Shown here: positions 1 through 9,018 of the stretch, piece by piece
Layout of the letters: every line of letters begins with the position of its first letter
How positions within the stretch are numbered: the first letter of the stretch is position 1
Source: a virus
Length of the DNA: 64,000 nt
IMG/VR virus record: IMGVR_UViG_3300047160_018755
Location: 32,001-96,000 of that record
Reading direction: 5' to 3' (one strand)
Program-made: the position numbers and the translations under genes
The notes under the pieces: model-generated
The model's input: the letters and a program-made list of their open reading frames with translations, nothing else
The model's database searches: none
Told to the model about the DNA's origin: nothing

Positions 1-372
1 GCCGTTGTTGCCCTGGGTGCAGAACGAGTGGAACGAGGCCGCGGGGAGCTTCACGAGCGACGAGGCGCTCATGTCGACCGCGCCCGTCGCCGTGAGCGTC
101 GTGACGGTCGTCGCGTGCAGCGTGCTGGCGCCCGAGACGTGCGCCGTGGCCGACTGCATGTCGCCCGAGGCGACGAAGTTGCCCGTGATGTTCTGCGAGC
201 CGGTCATCTTCGCGCCGTTGACGGTGACAGTACCGTCCGCGTCGCTGACCTTGAAGACGACCTTCGAGCGCTTGCCGAACTTGCGGTCGAGGAACTCGAT
301 CTGGAAGGGCTCGCCCTGGGAGACGATGTACTGCTTCCAGTTCTTCTGTGTGGTGAACGGAGAAGTCGCCAT
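1..372 (-). CDS. Putative virion/structural protein, partial (runs off window); paralog of 385-786
   Basis: Hand translation from ATG 372 (GGAGG upstream): MATSPFTTQKNWKQYIVSQGEPFQIEFLDRKFGKRSKVVFKV...LPAASFHSF; shares both blocks with the neighbour. Not in ORF track. Confidence 0.8.
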   Translation of the reverse strand, partial: MATSPFTTQKNWKQYIVSQGEPFQIEFLDRKFGKRSKVVFKVSDADGTVTVNGAKMTGSQNITGNFVASGDMQSATAHVSGASTLHATTVTTLTATGAVDMSASSLVKLPAASFHSFCTQGNNG

Positions 373-384
373 GGGAGCCTCCTA

Positions 385-786
385 TTAGCTCTGGGCCAGG
401 ACGAGGACGACCAGGGTCGCGGCCGAGAGGTCGGTCGCCGACTGCTGGATCTGACCAGCCTTCGTGACCGTCGACTCGAACGACGTCAGGCGCGAGAGGT
501 GGTTGGTGACGTCCGCCACCATGATCACCTTGTCGCCGGGCTTGACGCCCGCGGCCGTGATGTGGTTCGGGGTGACCGAGGAGTTGGTCCCGAGGACGCA
601 GTACGAGTGGAACGACGCCGCCGGCAGCTTGGCCAGGGGCGAACCGCTCATGTCGACCGTGCCGTCCGCGTCGAGGACCTTGAAGACCGTCTTGGAACGG
701 CCGCCGAACTTGCGGGTCAGGTACTCGATCTGGAAGGGCTCACCGAGCGAGACGATCCATTGCTTCCAGTTCTTCGAAAATGCCAT
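385..786 (-). CDS. Putative structural protein, tandem paralog
   Basis: TAAGGAG SD; KNWKQWIVSLGEPFQIEY...LPAASFHSY shared with 1-372; function inferred only. Confidence 0.75.
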   Translation of the reverse strand: MAFSKNWKQWIVSLGEPFQIEYLTRKFGGRSKTVFKVLDADGTVDMSGSPLAKLPAASFHSYCVLGTNSSVTPNHITAAGVKPGDKVIMVADVTNHLSRLTSFESTVTKAGQIQQSATDLSAATLVVLVLAQS

Positions 787-868
787 GTGAGACTCCTTAC
801 AGTTGGGGCGTGGTCCCGGGAATCCGGGTTGCTACCCCCAAGATTCGGTCTCCACTGCAACAAAAGCC

Positions 869-897
869 TGGACATCCGGGCTCAGATCGGCTACCTT
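869..897 (+). promoter_or_regulatory. sigma70-like promoter of integrase (probably leaderless)
   Basis: TGGACA-17nt-TACCTT, ATG 6 nt after -10. Confidence 0.55.
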
Positions 898-903
898 GGT
901 GTC

Positions 904-2025
904 ATGCCAAGGAAGAAGCGCAAACGGCCTCACGGCACGGGCTCGATCCGTGTGCGGGACGGGCGCGCCCAGGTCCAGTGGACCGAGAACGGGCGTCGCC
1001 GGTCGAAGACCGTCGACTTGGCGGAGGTCCAAACCTTCCTCGCCCGCGCCAACGCCGGCTTGGAGTCACCCCAAGAAAAGAAGGCCTCGAACCGGCTCGA
1101 AGACCTGGCCCAGACCTGGCTTGACGGCCGCGCCGGCATGGCGTCCAACTACGACGAGCGCAACCGGTGGAAGAACCACCTCGCCCCGACCCTCGGCCAG
1201 CTGACCCCCGAAGAGGTCACGGTGCCGGTCATCAAGCGTCTCATCCTGGACCTGCGCGCCAAGGGCCTCTCAAAGGGCACCGTAGGCCTCCAGATCGCTC
1301 TGGTTTCGTCGTTCTTCTCCGACCTGGTGGAAGATGGGGTGGCCGCGGTCAACCCCGTCAAAATGCTTTCTAGGAAGTCTCGGCGCGAGCTGAAGTCGGA
1401 CACCGACTGGCGCCTGACGCCCTGGATCAAGGACCCGAACGACATCAAGCGCGTCCACGACGCCATCGCGGTCACCCATCCGCAGTTCGCCCTCGCCTAC
1501 ATCATCGGGGCCCTGGCCGGGCTCCGCACGGGCGAGGTTCGGGCGCTGTGCTGGGAGCACGTCGACCTGGGCGCGCGGCTCATCCACGTCCAGGAGAAGG
1601 TCGGCCGGCGCACGGGCGTGGCCGAGCCGCCCAAGGACAAGGAGTCCCGGTACGTCCCCATCACGGACAGCCTCTACTGGTACCTCCGCCACGCGATGCC
1701 GGTCGGCGGTGGCAGGGGTCTGGTCTGCGGCGATAGTATCTTGGGCAACTTCCTCGACGACCACCGGATGGGTGCGCTCATCTCTCGCGCGCTGGAGCGC
1801 CTGCACCTGCCGACGATGCGCTGGTACGAGGCGACACGCCACACCTTCGGCTCGCAGTGGGTCGTCAACGGCGGCACCCTGGAGACCCTGCGCGAGATGA
1901 TGGGCCACTCGTCGGTGACGGTGACCGAGCGCTACGCCCACCTGATCCCCGGCAACTACACGAGCGCGGACCGCGCCCGAGTGACAATTCCCGCGCAGGA
2001 TTCGACCCACGAGGTGCTGAATTGA
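904..2025 (+). CDS. int: Tyrosine recombinase/phage integrase
   Basis: Arm-binding-like N-terminus MPRKKRKRPHGTGSI; catalytic GLRTGE, TRHTFGS, MMGHSS, TERYAH. Start 904, not 28. Confidence 0.93.
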   Translation: MPRKKRKRPHGTGSIRVRDGRAQVQWTENGRRRSKTVDLAEVQTFLARANAGLESPQEKKASNRLEDLAQTWLDGRAGMASNYDERNRWKNHLAPTLGQLTPEEVTVPVIKRLILDLRAKGLSKGTVGLQIALVSSFFSDLVEDGVAAVNPVKMLSRKSRRELKSDTDWRLTPWIKDPNDIKRVHDAIAVTHPQFALAYIIGALAGLRTGEVRALCWEHVDLGARLIHVQEKVGRRTGVAEPPKDKESRYVPITDSLYWYLRHAMPVGGGRGLVCGDSILGNFLDDHRMGALISRALERLHLPTMRWYEATRHTFGSQWVVNGGTLETLREMMGHSSVTVTERYAHLIPGNYTSADRARVTIPAQDSTHEVLN

Positions 2026-2627
2026 CCGCAGAATGCACGAACATCGACCACAGCGACTACAAGGTCGCCACCAACCACTGGGGTCTGGAGCGCAAGGAGC
2101 GGGTCGAGTTCTGCCCGAAGTGCAAGCGCCCTGACTTCTACACCTGGTACCAGCGTCTGCTCTGGAGCAGCAAGGATCCGGCGTACTGGAAGCAGGTGTT
2201 CAAGGACGCGACCGAGCAGAAGGTGTTCTTCTTCAAGGCGGTCCCCAACGGGAAATTCGACCACCCGACCTACGTCTACGTGGACGCCGACACGGTCAAC
2301 GACCCCGCTTCAGTCCTCCGTCCGACGGTGCCGAAGCGGGCCCAGCGCGGCATCGTCGCCGACATCAAGCAGGAGCGCTACCGCCGACGGTTGCCGCAGA
2401 CGAAGGAGCACTACTACGGGCCCTACCAGGCCGGCATCAACGCCGCCATGGACGCGGCCTTCGAAGATCTGGAGTACGTCGACAACCGACGCTTCGCGGC
2501 AGCCGACAGTCGCAAGGACATGCGGCGCTACAACGCCCAAAAAGACCACGGCTGCTGCGGGTACTACGACGCAACGGTCACGGTCATGGGCCGACTTTTC
2601 TGGATCGGGTGCAACTACGGGCATTGA
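2022..2627 (+). CDS. Hypothetical protein (CxxC, C-terminal CCG..GCNYGH)
   Basis: Overlaps integrase stop; start uncertain (TTG). Confidence 0.65.
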   Translation: MTAECTNIDHSDYKVATNHWGLERKERVEFCPKCKRPDFYTWYQRLLWSSKDPAYWKQVFKDATEQKVFFFKAVPNGKFDHPTYVYVDADTVNDPASVLRPTVPKRAQRGIVADIKQERYRRRLPQTKEHYYGPYQAGINAAMDAAFEDLEYVDNRRFAAADSRKDMRRYNAQKDHGCCGYYDATVTVMGRLFWIGCNYGH

Positions 2628-2639
2628 TTCGATAGAAAT
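2626..2639 (+). promoter_or_regulatory. Repeated motif GATTCGATAGAA(A/G)T (copy; others at 6622, 11165, 12797, 13667 on +; about 19584, 26819, 42961, 44180 on -)
   Basis: Nine near-identical copies, all at or near gene boundaries and oriented toward downstream genes or a tRNA. Confidence 0.75.
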
Positions 2640-2856
2640 GGGCCGATGCGAAAGTACCCCCGACTGATCGCTTGGGCCCTGGCAATTGCCTTCGGCTTAA
2701 TCTTTTCTAGGTGGGGTGCATTCAGCCAACGCTCGGCTCCATCTTCCTCGCCTGGGGATTCAACTTCTTCCAAGCGATCGTCCTCGTGCTATTCTGGGAG
2801 CTGCTGAAGTGGCTTTTTCGCTTGCTAAACGACGACGAGCTTGATACAAAGGAAGC

Positions 2857-3531
2857 ATGTCAAACAACATCGAGCCCACAAAAGAGCAGTTCGGAGCGTA
2901 CCGGGACGCGTTCCAGTACTTCAACAAGCGGCTCTTCCAGAACCGGCTCCCGGAGATCATCCTGAACTTCAGCCGGCGCGCGAAGGCCTACGGCTTCTTC
3001 GCCCCGGAGCGCTGGAACCGTGACGGCATCCTGACGCACGAGATCAGCCTCAACCCCTCGATGATGGAGCGGACGCCGCTGGAGCTGTACTCCACGCTGG
3101 TGCACGAGATGTGCCACCTGGAGCACCACGAGAACGGCGACCACCAGTCCAAGAAGGGCTACCACAACAAGGAGTGGGGTGGGATGATGAAGGCCGTGGG
3201 CCTCCACCCGAGCAACACCGGCCAGCCCGGCGGGTCCGAGACGGGCTTCCGCATGACCCACTACATTGTCGAGGACGGCCCCTTCGCCAAGGCCTTCGCC
3301 GAGATTCCAAAGGAGTTCCTCCTGCCGTGGGGCTGCGCGCCCGAGCAGAGCAAGACCGTCGCGGCGCCGAAGAAGCGCGCCAAGTACCACTGCGCGGCGT
3401 GCGACTACAACGTCTACAGCTCGAAGGACGGGCTCGTCATCAGCTGCGACACGTGCAAGCACCCGCTGATCGAGGGTGACCGCGCCAAGGAGTCCGAGAA
3501 GGAGCCCGAGGCTCCCAAGAAGGACGCTTAG
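2857..3531 (+). CDS. SprT-like zinc metalloprotease
   Basis: TLVHEMCH (HExxH), YHNKEW, C-terminal CxxC...CxxC. Confidence 0.88.
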   Translation: MSNNIEPTKEQFGAYRDAFQYFNKRLFQNRLPEIILNFSRRAKAYGFFAPERWNRDGILTHEISLNPSMMERTPLELYSTLVHEMCHLEHHENGDHQSKKGYHNKEWGGMMKAVGLHPSNTGQPGGSETGFRMTHYIVEDGPFAKAFAEIPKEFLLPWGCAPEQSKTVAAPKKRAKYHCAACDYNVYSSKDGLVISCDTCKHPLIEGDRAKESEKEPEAPKKDA

Positions 3532-4493
3532 TCCTCGGCGATCGAGTCTTCCTCACGGCTGTGGAAGTACTCGTGGATGTCTTGGAGCAGCTGGGGCTTG
3601 TTCACCACCATGAGCAAGCCCTGTGAATCCTTCCTGAGATCCACGTCCGGGTCGAACTTGTTGGCGACCAAGATCTGCCAGCGCTCGCGGTAGAACCTCT
3701 TCGTCTTCGGGCCGTGGAAGTGGTGCATGATCGTGCCCGGGACGTAGCCGAGGTGCCCGTTGGTGACGCGCACCGCGTTCGTCTGCCACTCGAAGCAGCG
3801 GCGCTTGAACGAGTTCGTCATGCCCTGGTGGACCGACTTCTCGACCCGACCGATCGAAGCCCAGGCCATGTGGTGGTCGGCGCTGCCGAGGATGGGGAAG
3901 TCCATGAGACCGCGGGTGTTTTCCCAGAAGCTGCGCGTGCAGGCCCAGGCGAAGCCCGAGTGACCGTAGGGGTACGGCTCGGCCTTGTGCGACTGCTGGC
4001 GGATGCCCTTGGCGACGAGGCTCGCGAAGCTCCGGAACATCTGGTTCGAGTTGCCCCAGGTGCCGGTGTCAATGCACTCGGACCAGGGCTGCACGAGGTG
4101 GTGGTGCTGGAGCGCGTGCATCGTCTCCTGGGCCCAGTTGTCGTTCAGGAAGGTGATGTCGGCGTCGACCCAGGCCAGGTACTTCCAGTCGATCGGGAGG
4201 AGGCGCTCGACGAGGTTGAGGGCGTTCTCCTTGTGCCAGATCTCCTGGTTGGTGCGCAGCTGAAGGTGTAGCGGGTTGCTGGCCTGCGTGACCTCGAACT
4301 CGCGATCTCCGAACGCGATCTCGGCGACGTAGAGCTTGACGTTGGCGGTCCGGAGCATGCGCTCCTGGAACTCCCGGAACAGGCGGTAGCGGCTGTGGTA
4401 GCGCGCGCTGTTCGAGATCATCGTGATCACGTGCAGCGTGTTCCCCGACCGCAGAGCATGGTGCTGAATCTGATTGGCGATGTGTTCGCTCAT
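3528..4493 (-). CDS. Glycosyltransferase-like (GT-A) protein
   Basis: WHKENALN, YLAWVDADI (DxD), late HxxHG; start at ATG 4493. Confidence 0.6.
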   Translation of the reverse strand: MSEHIANQIQHHALRSGNTLHVITMISNSARYHSRYRLFREFQERMLRTANVKLYVAEIAFGDREFEVTQASNPLHLQLRTNQEIWHKENALNLVERLLPIDWKYLAWVDADITFLNDNWAQETMHALQHHHLVQPWSECIDTGTWGNSNQMFRSFASLVAKGIRQQSHKAEPYPYGHSGFAWACTRSFWENTRGLMDFPILGSADHHMAWASIGRVEKSVHQGMTNSFKRRCFEWQTNAVRVTNGHLGYVPGTIMHHFHGPKTKRFYRERWQILVANKFDPDVDLRKDSQGLLMVVNKPQLLQDIHEYFHSREEDSIAED

Positions 4494-4569
4494 GGTGTTT
4501 TGAAGATTGGGTCCGCGAGGAGATTCGCTAGAGAATAAGTTGACGAATCGATCGCCGAAAGGTAGAGTC

Positions 4570-5592
4570 ATGAGCGTGAACATCCGCGACGGCCTAACGT
4601 ACGACGACGTGCTCCTGGAGCCGGTGTACTCGCGCGTTGCAACTCGCAGGGACGTCGACCTCAAGATGGGCTGGGCCCTCGACAACGGGATCGACCTGGG
4701 CTTCGAGCACCCGCTCGTCCCGGCGAACATGGACGACGTCGCCGGCATCGACCTCCTGCGCGCGCAGCTGGTGTCCGGCGGGCTTGCCATCATGCATCGG
4801 TTCCAGCCTGTAGGGCAGCAGGTGGAGGACTTCCAGCACCTCCAGAGCGAGGGCAAGAACCGCATCGCCGCTTCGATCGGCGTCGACTGGGACGACTTCC
4901 AGGACGCGAAGACCATGGTCGGCGCCGGCATCGGCATCATCTGCGTGGACGTCGCTCACGGGGACCACTATTTGGCGGAACGCCAAGTCGCCATGCTCAA
5001 GGACCTCCACGACGCCCCGATCGTCATCGCCGGCAACGTCGCCACGAAAGGCGGGGCGAAGCGATTGTTTCAGGCTGGTGCCGACATCGTGAAAGTTGGT
5101 GTCGGCCCGGGGAGCCTCTGCACGACCCGGATCGAGACCGGCTGCGGCGTGCCCCAGCTGACCGCCGTCATGGACGTGACCGAGATGCGGAACGAGTTCT
5201 TCCCGTTCCGCGGCGTCATCGCGGACGGAGGCATCAAGAACGCCGGAGACTGCGTCAAGGCGCTCTGCTTCGCCGACATGGTCATGATCGGCAACCTCTT
5301 CGCCGGCACGGACGAGGCGCCGGGCTTCGAGGGCGGCAACTACAAGTCCTACAACGGATCTTCCACCCACAAGACCAACCACGTGGAGGGGGTCCGGGCT
5401 CGCGTCAAGAAGCGCGGCCCGTTCGACGAGGTGCTGCGAAAGTTGCTGGAGGGCATCCGTTCGGGATGCTCGTACCAGGGGTCCGAGAACCTCCACGAGC
5501 TGAAGCAGAACCCGCAGCTGGTCCGCATCACCTCCGCGGGGCTCACGGAGTCGTACCCGCACGACGTCGAGATCGTCCGTGACGAAGGCTAA
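4570..5592 (+). CDS. guaC: IMPDH/GMP reductase family, no CBS domains (GuaC-like more likely)
   Basis: [18 protein letters not shown], catalytic [17 protein letters not shown]; short flap without IMPDH RY dyad. Confidence 0.85.
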   Translation: MSVNIRDGLTYDDVLLEPVYSRVATRRDVDLKMGWALDNGIDLGFEHPLVPANMDDVAGIDLLRAQLVSGGLAIMHRFQPVGQQVEDFQHLQSEGKNRIAASIGVDWDDFQDAKTMVGAGIGIICVDVAHGDHYLAERQVAMLKDLHDAPIVIAGNVATKGGAKRLFQAGADIVKVGVGPGSLCTTRIETGCGVPQLTAVMDVTEMRNEFFPFRGVIADGGIKNAGDCVKALCFADMVMIGNLFAGTDEAPGFEGGNYKSYNGSSTHKTNHVEGVRARVKKRGPFDEVLRKLLEGIRSGCSYQGSENLHELKQNPQLVRITSAGLTESYPHDVEIVRDEG

Positions 5593-5596
5593 ATTC

Positions 5597-5749
5597 ATGA
5601 AGCTCCTCGTCTTTTGGTTCCCCATGATCTGTGTGTTGACCATGGCCGCGGCGGGGCTCGTGTGCTTCTACCTCGGCATGCACCGCAAGGGAGTGTTCTG
5701 GATGTTGGACGCAGCAATCACGGCCTGGTCGGCCTTCGCGCTGTTCTGA
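5597..5749 (+). CDS. Small membrane protein (50 aa)
   Basis: Hand translation MKLLVFWFPMICVLTMAAAGLVCFYLG...; stop overlaps next ATG. Confidence 0.6.
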   Translation: MKLLVFWFPMICVLTMAAAGLVCFYLGMHRKGVFWMLDAAITAWSAFALF

Positions 5750-6198
5750 TGCGTATCCAAAAAGACAAGTTCTCGTGCGGGGTGTTCGCGGTCCTCAACG
5801 CCGGGGACGCACTCGGCGTCCACCTGGCCGAGCGGACCGTGCGCAAGGACGCCGCCACGACCGAGGCGGACGGCACGAGCCAGCACGGGATCCTGAACGC
5901 ACTGGAGCGCGCCGGTCTCAAGGGGACCGAGTTCAAGATCACCGACAAGAAGGCGGCCTTCCTCCTACTCCTCGAAACGGTCAAGGCCGGAGCGCCCGTG
6001 ATCTTGTCGGTCGAGAACGACCGTCACTGGGTGGTGGCCTTCGCCGTCTCGGGCAAGAAGGTGGCGATCTTCGACTCGTGGCTCTCCCAGGAGAACCAGA
6101 AGGAGTGCGGGACCGACGTCTGGGACGCCCGCTCTCTCGCGAAGTGGTGGACGAAGACGGACGGCAACTACTACGGCATCGCGGTGGAGAAGGCATGA
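5749..6198 (+). CDS. C39-like cysteine peptidase
   Basis: QKDKFSCG, RHWVV, IFDSW triad pattern. Confidence 0.8.
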   Translation: MRIQKDKFSCGVFAVLNAGDALGVHLAERTVRKDAATTEADGTSQHGILNALERAGLKGTEFKITDKKAAFLLLLETVKAGAPVILSVENDRHWVVAFAVSGKKVAIFDSWLSQENQKECGTDVWDARSLAKWWTKTDGNYYGIAVEKA

Positions 6199-6452
6199 GC
6201 GAGGACGAGCTGTACGAGGCGCTCATGAAGATCAAGGATCCCAAGGTGTGGGACATGATCCTGGAGGAGTCCAAGAAGGCTGGGTGCCACTTCATGTTCA
6301 AGATGTGGTGGTTCGATTGGGACTATCGTAGGCGTCACCCTGAGTCCAAAAAGGTGCACCTCCCGATCGCTCGCATCGAGCGGACAGTTGACATCAAGCG
6401 GGATCCGTGCGACTGTACGCCGGAAACGTGTTGCTGTCGGAGGACAAAATGA
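6195..6452 (+). CDS. Hypothetical protein
   Basis: ATGA overlap; Cys-rich C-terminus. Confidence 0.6.
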   Translation: MSEDELYEALMKIKDPKVWDMILEESKKAGCHFMFKMWWFDWDYRRRHPESKKVHLPIARIERTVDIKRDPCDCTPETCCCRRTK

Positions 6453-6631
6453 AAAGCTCAATTCCAGGTCGACTCGCGGTGTTCCTGTGTCAGGGGCCGC
6501 ATCCCTGCGAGCACCACGTGCGGCAGGCCGAGGAGGTCTACAAGGAGATCCTCGACATCCAGAAACACGAGCGTGAGGTCGAAGCGCAGGAAGCGCTCGA
6601 ACGCGTCGCGAACAAGGAAAAGATTCGATAG
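6449..6631 (+). CDS. Hypothetical protein
   Basis: GGAGG SD, ATGA overlap. Confidence 0.6.
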   Translation: MKSSIPGRLAVFLCQGPHPCEHHVRQAEEVYKEILDIQKHEREVEAQEALERVANKEKIR

Positions 6632-6663
6632 AAGTTGAACGGAACTTTCACACGGGAGACAGC

Positions 6664-7983
6664 ATGGCAACGAGAGATCGGCTTCTGGCAGAGTTGGAGA
6701 AGGGTGGGTTCTCCACCAAGGCGTACATCGCGAGGTACGGCGGCACCTACGCCTCCGTCCACACCTCGCTCAAGCGCATGCGTGACCGCGGCATCGTGGT
6801 CGAGCTTCGCGAGCTGGCGGGCATCCCGCTGCCCGAGCCGACCTGGTTCCTGGTCTCGAAGATCGCGAACGCTGGCGCGCAGGCTGCGAAGCCGAACGTC
6901 ACCGCGCCGATCACGGGCGCTCCGGCGACCTACACCCAGGCCCAGAAGCAGGCCCAGGCGAACCCGCCCAAGAAGCTCCGCACCCGCGCGATCATCGTCG
7001 TCGACGACTCGGGCTCGATGCATCCGTACCGCTACGAGATGAACGACTCGGTCAACAAGACGCTCGCCGACTTCCGCCAGCAGGCGTTCGTCTCGGGCCA
7101 GCAGATCGACGTCAGCCTGTACTACTTCAACAACTTCCGCGTCAAGCCGGCCTTCCGCCACGTCGACGCCAAGGACGTCAAGTCCGAGCCCATCCACTAC
7201 CCGGACGGCGGCACGCCGCTCTTCAACGCGGTCGAGGACGCGATCCGCGACCACCTCATCCCCGAGCGCGGCGACGAGGAGGTCGGCTACCTCCTGATCG
7301 TCATCACGGACGGCGACGACAACGAGTCGCGCGACCGCACCGGCAACACGATGAAGAGCCTCATCCGCCAGGTCCAGGGCACGGACCGCTGGACGATCAC
7401 GTTCCAGATGCCTCCGGGCACGAAGAGCCGGTTCTGCAACAGCTACGGCGTCCACCCGGGCAACTGCATGGAGTGGGAGCTGTCGAGCAAGGGCATCAAG
7501 GAGTCGACGGTCGCCCGCACGGCCTCCGTCGGCGCCTACATGAGCACCCGCGCCGCCGGCAAGCTGTCGATGGACACGTTCTACACGGACCTGTCCGATC
7601 TCGACGTCAAGGACCTGAAGAAGAACCTGGCGAACGTCCAGGACAAGGTCCGCACGTGGACGGTTCCGTCGGGCTCGCCCGAGATCCGCCCCTTCATCGA
7701 GGAGAAGACGGGCACGACGTACCAGGCCGGCTCGGTCTTCTACCAGCTGACGAAGCCGGAGAAGATCCAGGACACGAAGAAGCTCCTCATCAAGGAGAAG
7801 GGCGGCCGGGCCATGTACGCCGGCAACGAGGCGCGCCAGCTCCTCGGCCTCCCCGTCGGGCAGGACTGCCGGGTCAAGCCGGGCAACCACGCCAACTTCG
7901 ACCTCTTCGTCCAGAGCACGTCGGTCAACCGCAAGCTCGTCCAGGGCACGGTCGTCGTCCACTGGCCCCTCTCGCTCCAGTAG
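6664..7983 (+). CDS. vWA-domain protein with N-terminal HTH-like segment
   Basis: MIDAS VVDDSGSM, GGTPLFNAV, VITDGDDNES. Confidence 0.85.
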   Translation: MATRDRLLAELEKGGFSTKAYIARYGGTYASVHTSLKRMRDRGIVVELRELAGIPLPEPTWFLVSKIANAGAQAAKPNVTAPITGAPATYTQAQKQAQANPPKKLRTRAIIVVDDSGSMHPYRYEMNDSVNKTLADFRQQAFVSGQQIDVSLYYFNNFRVKPAFRHVDAKDVKSEPIHYPDGGTPLFNAVEDAIRDHLIPERGDEEVGYLLIVITDGDDNESRDRTGNTMKSLIRQVQGTDRWTITFQMPPGTKSRFCNSYGVHPGNCMEWELSSKGIKESTVARTASVGAYMSTRAAGKLSMDTFYTDLSDLDVKDLKKNLANVQDKVRTWTVPSGSPEIRPFIEEKTGTTYQAGSVFYQLTKPEKIQDTKKLLIKEKGGRAMYAGNEARQLLGLPVGQDCRVKPGNHANFDLFVQSTSVNRKLVQGTVVVHWPLSLQ

Positions 7984-7992
7984 GAGGTCGCC

Positions 7993-8199
7993 ATGCACCC
8001 GCAGTTCACCTTCCACGCCCTGAACGATCAGGGCAAAGATCGGGCAGGCAAGGTCGCCGAAGCCTTCGACGGCCTCCTGTCCCAGCTGGAGCTTCTGTGC
8101 CCCGAGGGCCGTGAGCTGGCCCTCGTTCGCACGAACCTGGAGATCGCGTCGTTCTTCGCCAAGAAGGCCGTGGCCAACGCGGCGGAGAACCAGGCGTGA
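7993..8199 (+). CDS. Acb2/Tad1-like hairpin protein (candidate immune-signal sponge)
   Basis: FTFH...LCPEGRELALVRTNLEIASFFAKKAVA fits the FTYH...CPxxRExSLAxTxLEEAxFWA pattern as recalled. Confidence 0.6.
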   Translation: MHPQFTFHALNDQGKDRAGKVAEAFDGLLSQLELLCPEGRELALVRTNLEIASFFAKKAVANAAENQA

Positions 8200-8459
8200 A
8201 GACGATCTACAAGTACGACCTGCCCATCGATGACGACATCAACATCCCGCTGCCGGAAGGCGCCGTGGTGTTGAGCGTCGCCATGCAGGACCAGGGTCAC
8301 CCCAAGATCTGGGCCATCGTCGAACCCGGCAGCCCGACCGAGCGTCGCCAGTTTCACTGGCGGGGCACGGGTCACCCGCTGGGCAACGTGGGTCGGTTCG
8401 TGGGCACCGTGCTGATCCACAGCGGCGCTCTGGTCTTCCACCTGTTCGAGGGAGCATGA
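8196..8459 (+). CDS. Conserved phage protein (DUF7352-like)
   Basis: MKTIYKY...LPEGAVVLSV...IWAIV...TGH...GTV...LVFHLFE pattern. Confidence 0.6.
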   Translation: MKTIYKYDLPIDDDINIPLPEGAVVLSVAMQDQGHPKIWAIVEPGSPTERRQFHWRGTGHPLGNVGRFVGTVLIHSGALVFHLFEGA

Positions 8460-8959
8460 TCGAGAAGTGGAACGTCCGCTTCCTTCGGGAAGCGGCGCGC
8501 ATCGCCACCTGGTCGAAGGACACGTCAACCCGAGTCGGCTGCCTGATCGTGGGGCCGGCTCGGGAGATTCGGTCGACCGGGTACAACGGCTTCCCTCGGG
8601 GCGTCTTCGACGACGTCCCGGAGCGCCACGCCCGGCCCTTGAAGTACTCGTTCTTCGAGCACGCCGAGCGCAACGCGATCTACAACTCCGCTCGGGTCGG
8701 CGTCCCGCTGGAGGGCTGCACGCTCTTCTGCGCGGCCGACAAGCTCACCGGGCCGCCCTGCGTGGACTGCGCTCGCGCCTGCATCCAGAGCGGCATCAAG
8801 CACGTCATCTGCAACGGCAGCGAGGACCCGGCGACCTGGCGCGAGGATTGGCGCCCGTCGATGCTCTGCGCGCGCACGCAGCTGCTGGAGGCGGGTCTCA
8901 CCTTCCGCTGCCTGCCCAACGACCTGATCTGGACGCCGGACGGAAAGGTCATCGAGTAG
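8456..8959 (+). CDS. dCMP deaminase
   Basis: SKD..TRVG, GYNGFPRG, HAERNAI, PCVDC. Confidence 0.92.
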   Translation: MIEKWNVRFLREAARIATWSKDTSTRVGCLIVGPAREIRSTGYNGFPRGVFDDVPERHARPLKYSFFEHAERNAIYNSARVGVPLEGCTLFCAADKLTGPPCVDCARACIQSGIKHVICNGSEDPATWREDWRPSMLCARTQLLEAGLTFRCLPNDLIWTPDGKVIE

Positions 8960-8988
8960 TTGACAAGCTCTCGGTGATTTGATAGGCT
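8960..8988 (+). promoter_or_regulatory. sigma70-like promoter
   Basis: TTGACA-17nt-TAGGCT. Confidence 0.7.
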
Positions 8989-9018
8989 CTCTCCTGGATC
9001 ACAAACCCAGGAGAGAGC

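Noticed and set aside
28-903. N-terminal extension of the 665-aa integrase ORF
   Set aside because: Antisense shadow of the two minus-strand genes; promoter and domain start point to ATG 904
2646-2856. Possible frameshifted membrane gene
   Set aside because: Two short hydrophobic frames; cannot distinguish pseudogene, sequencing error or chance
6664-7983. vWA protein as Ro60 partner of the permuted RNAs
   Set aside because: No TROVE domain; N-terminus too short
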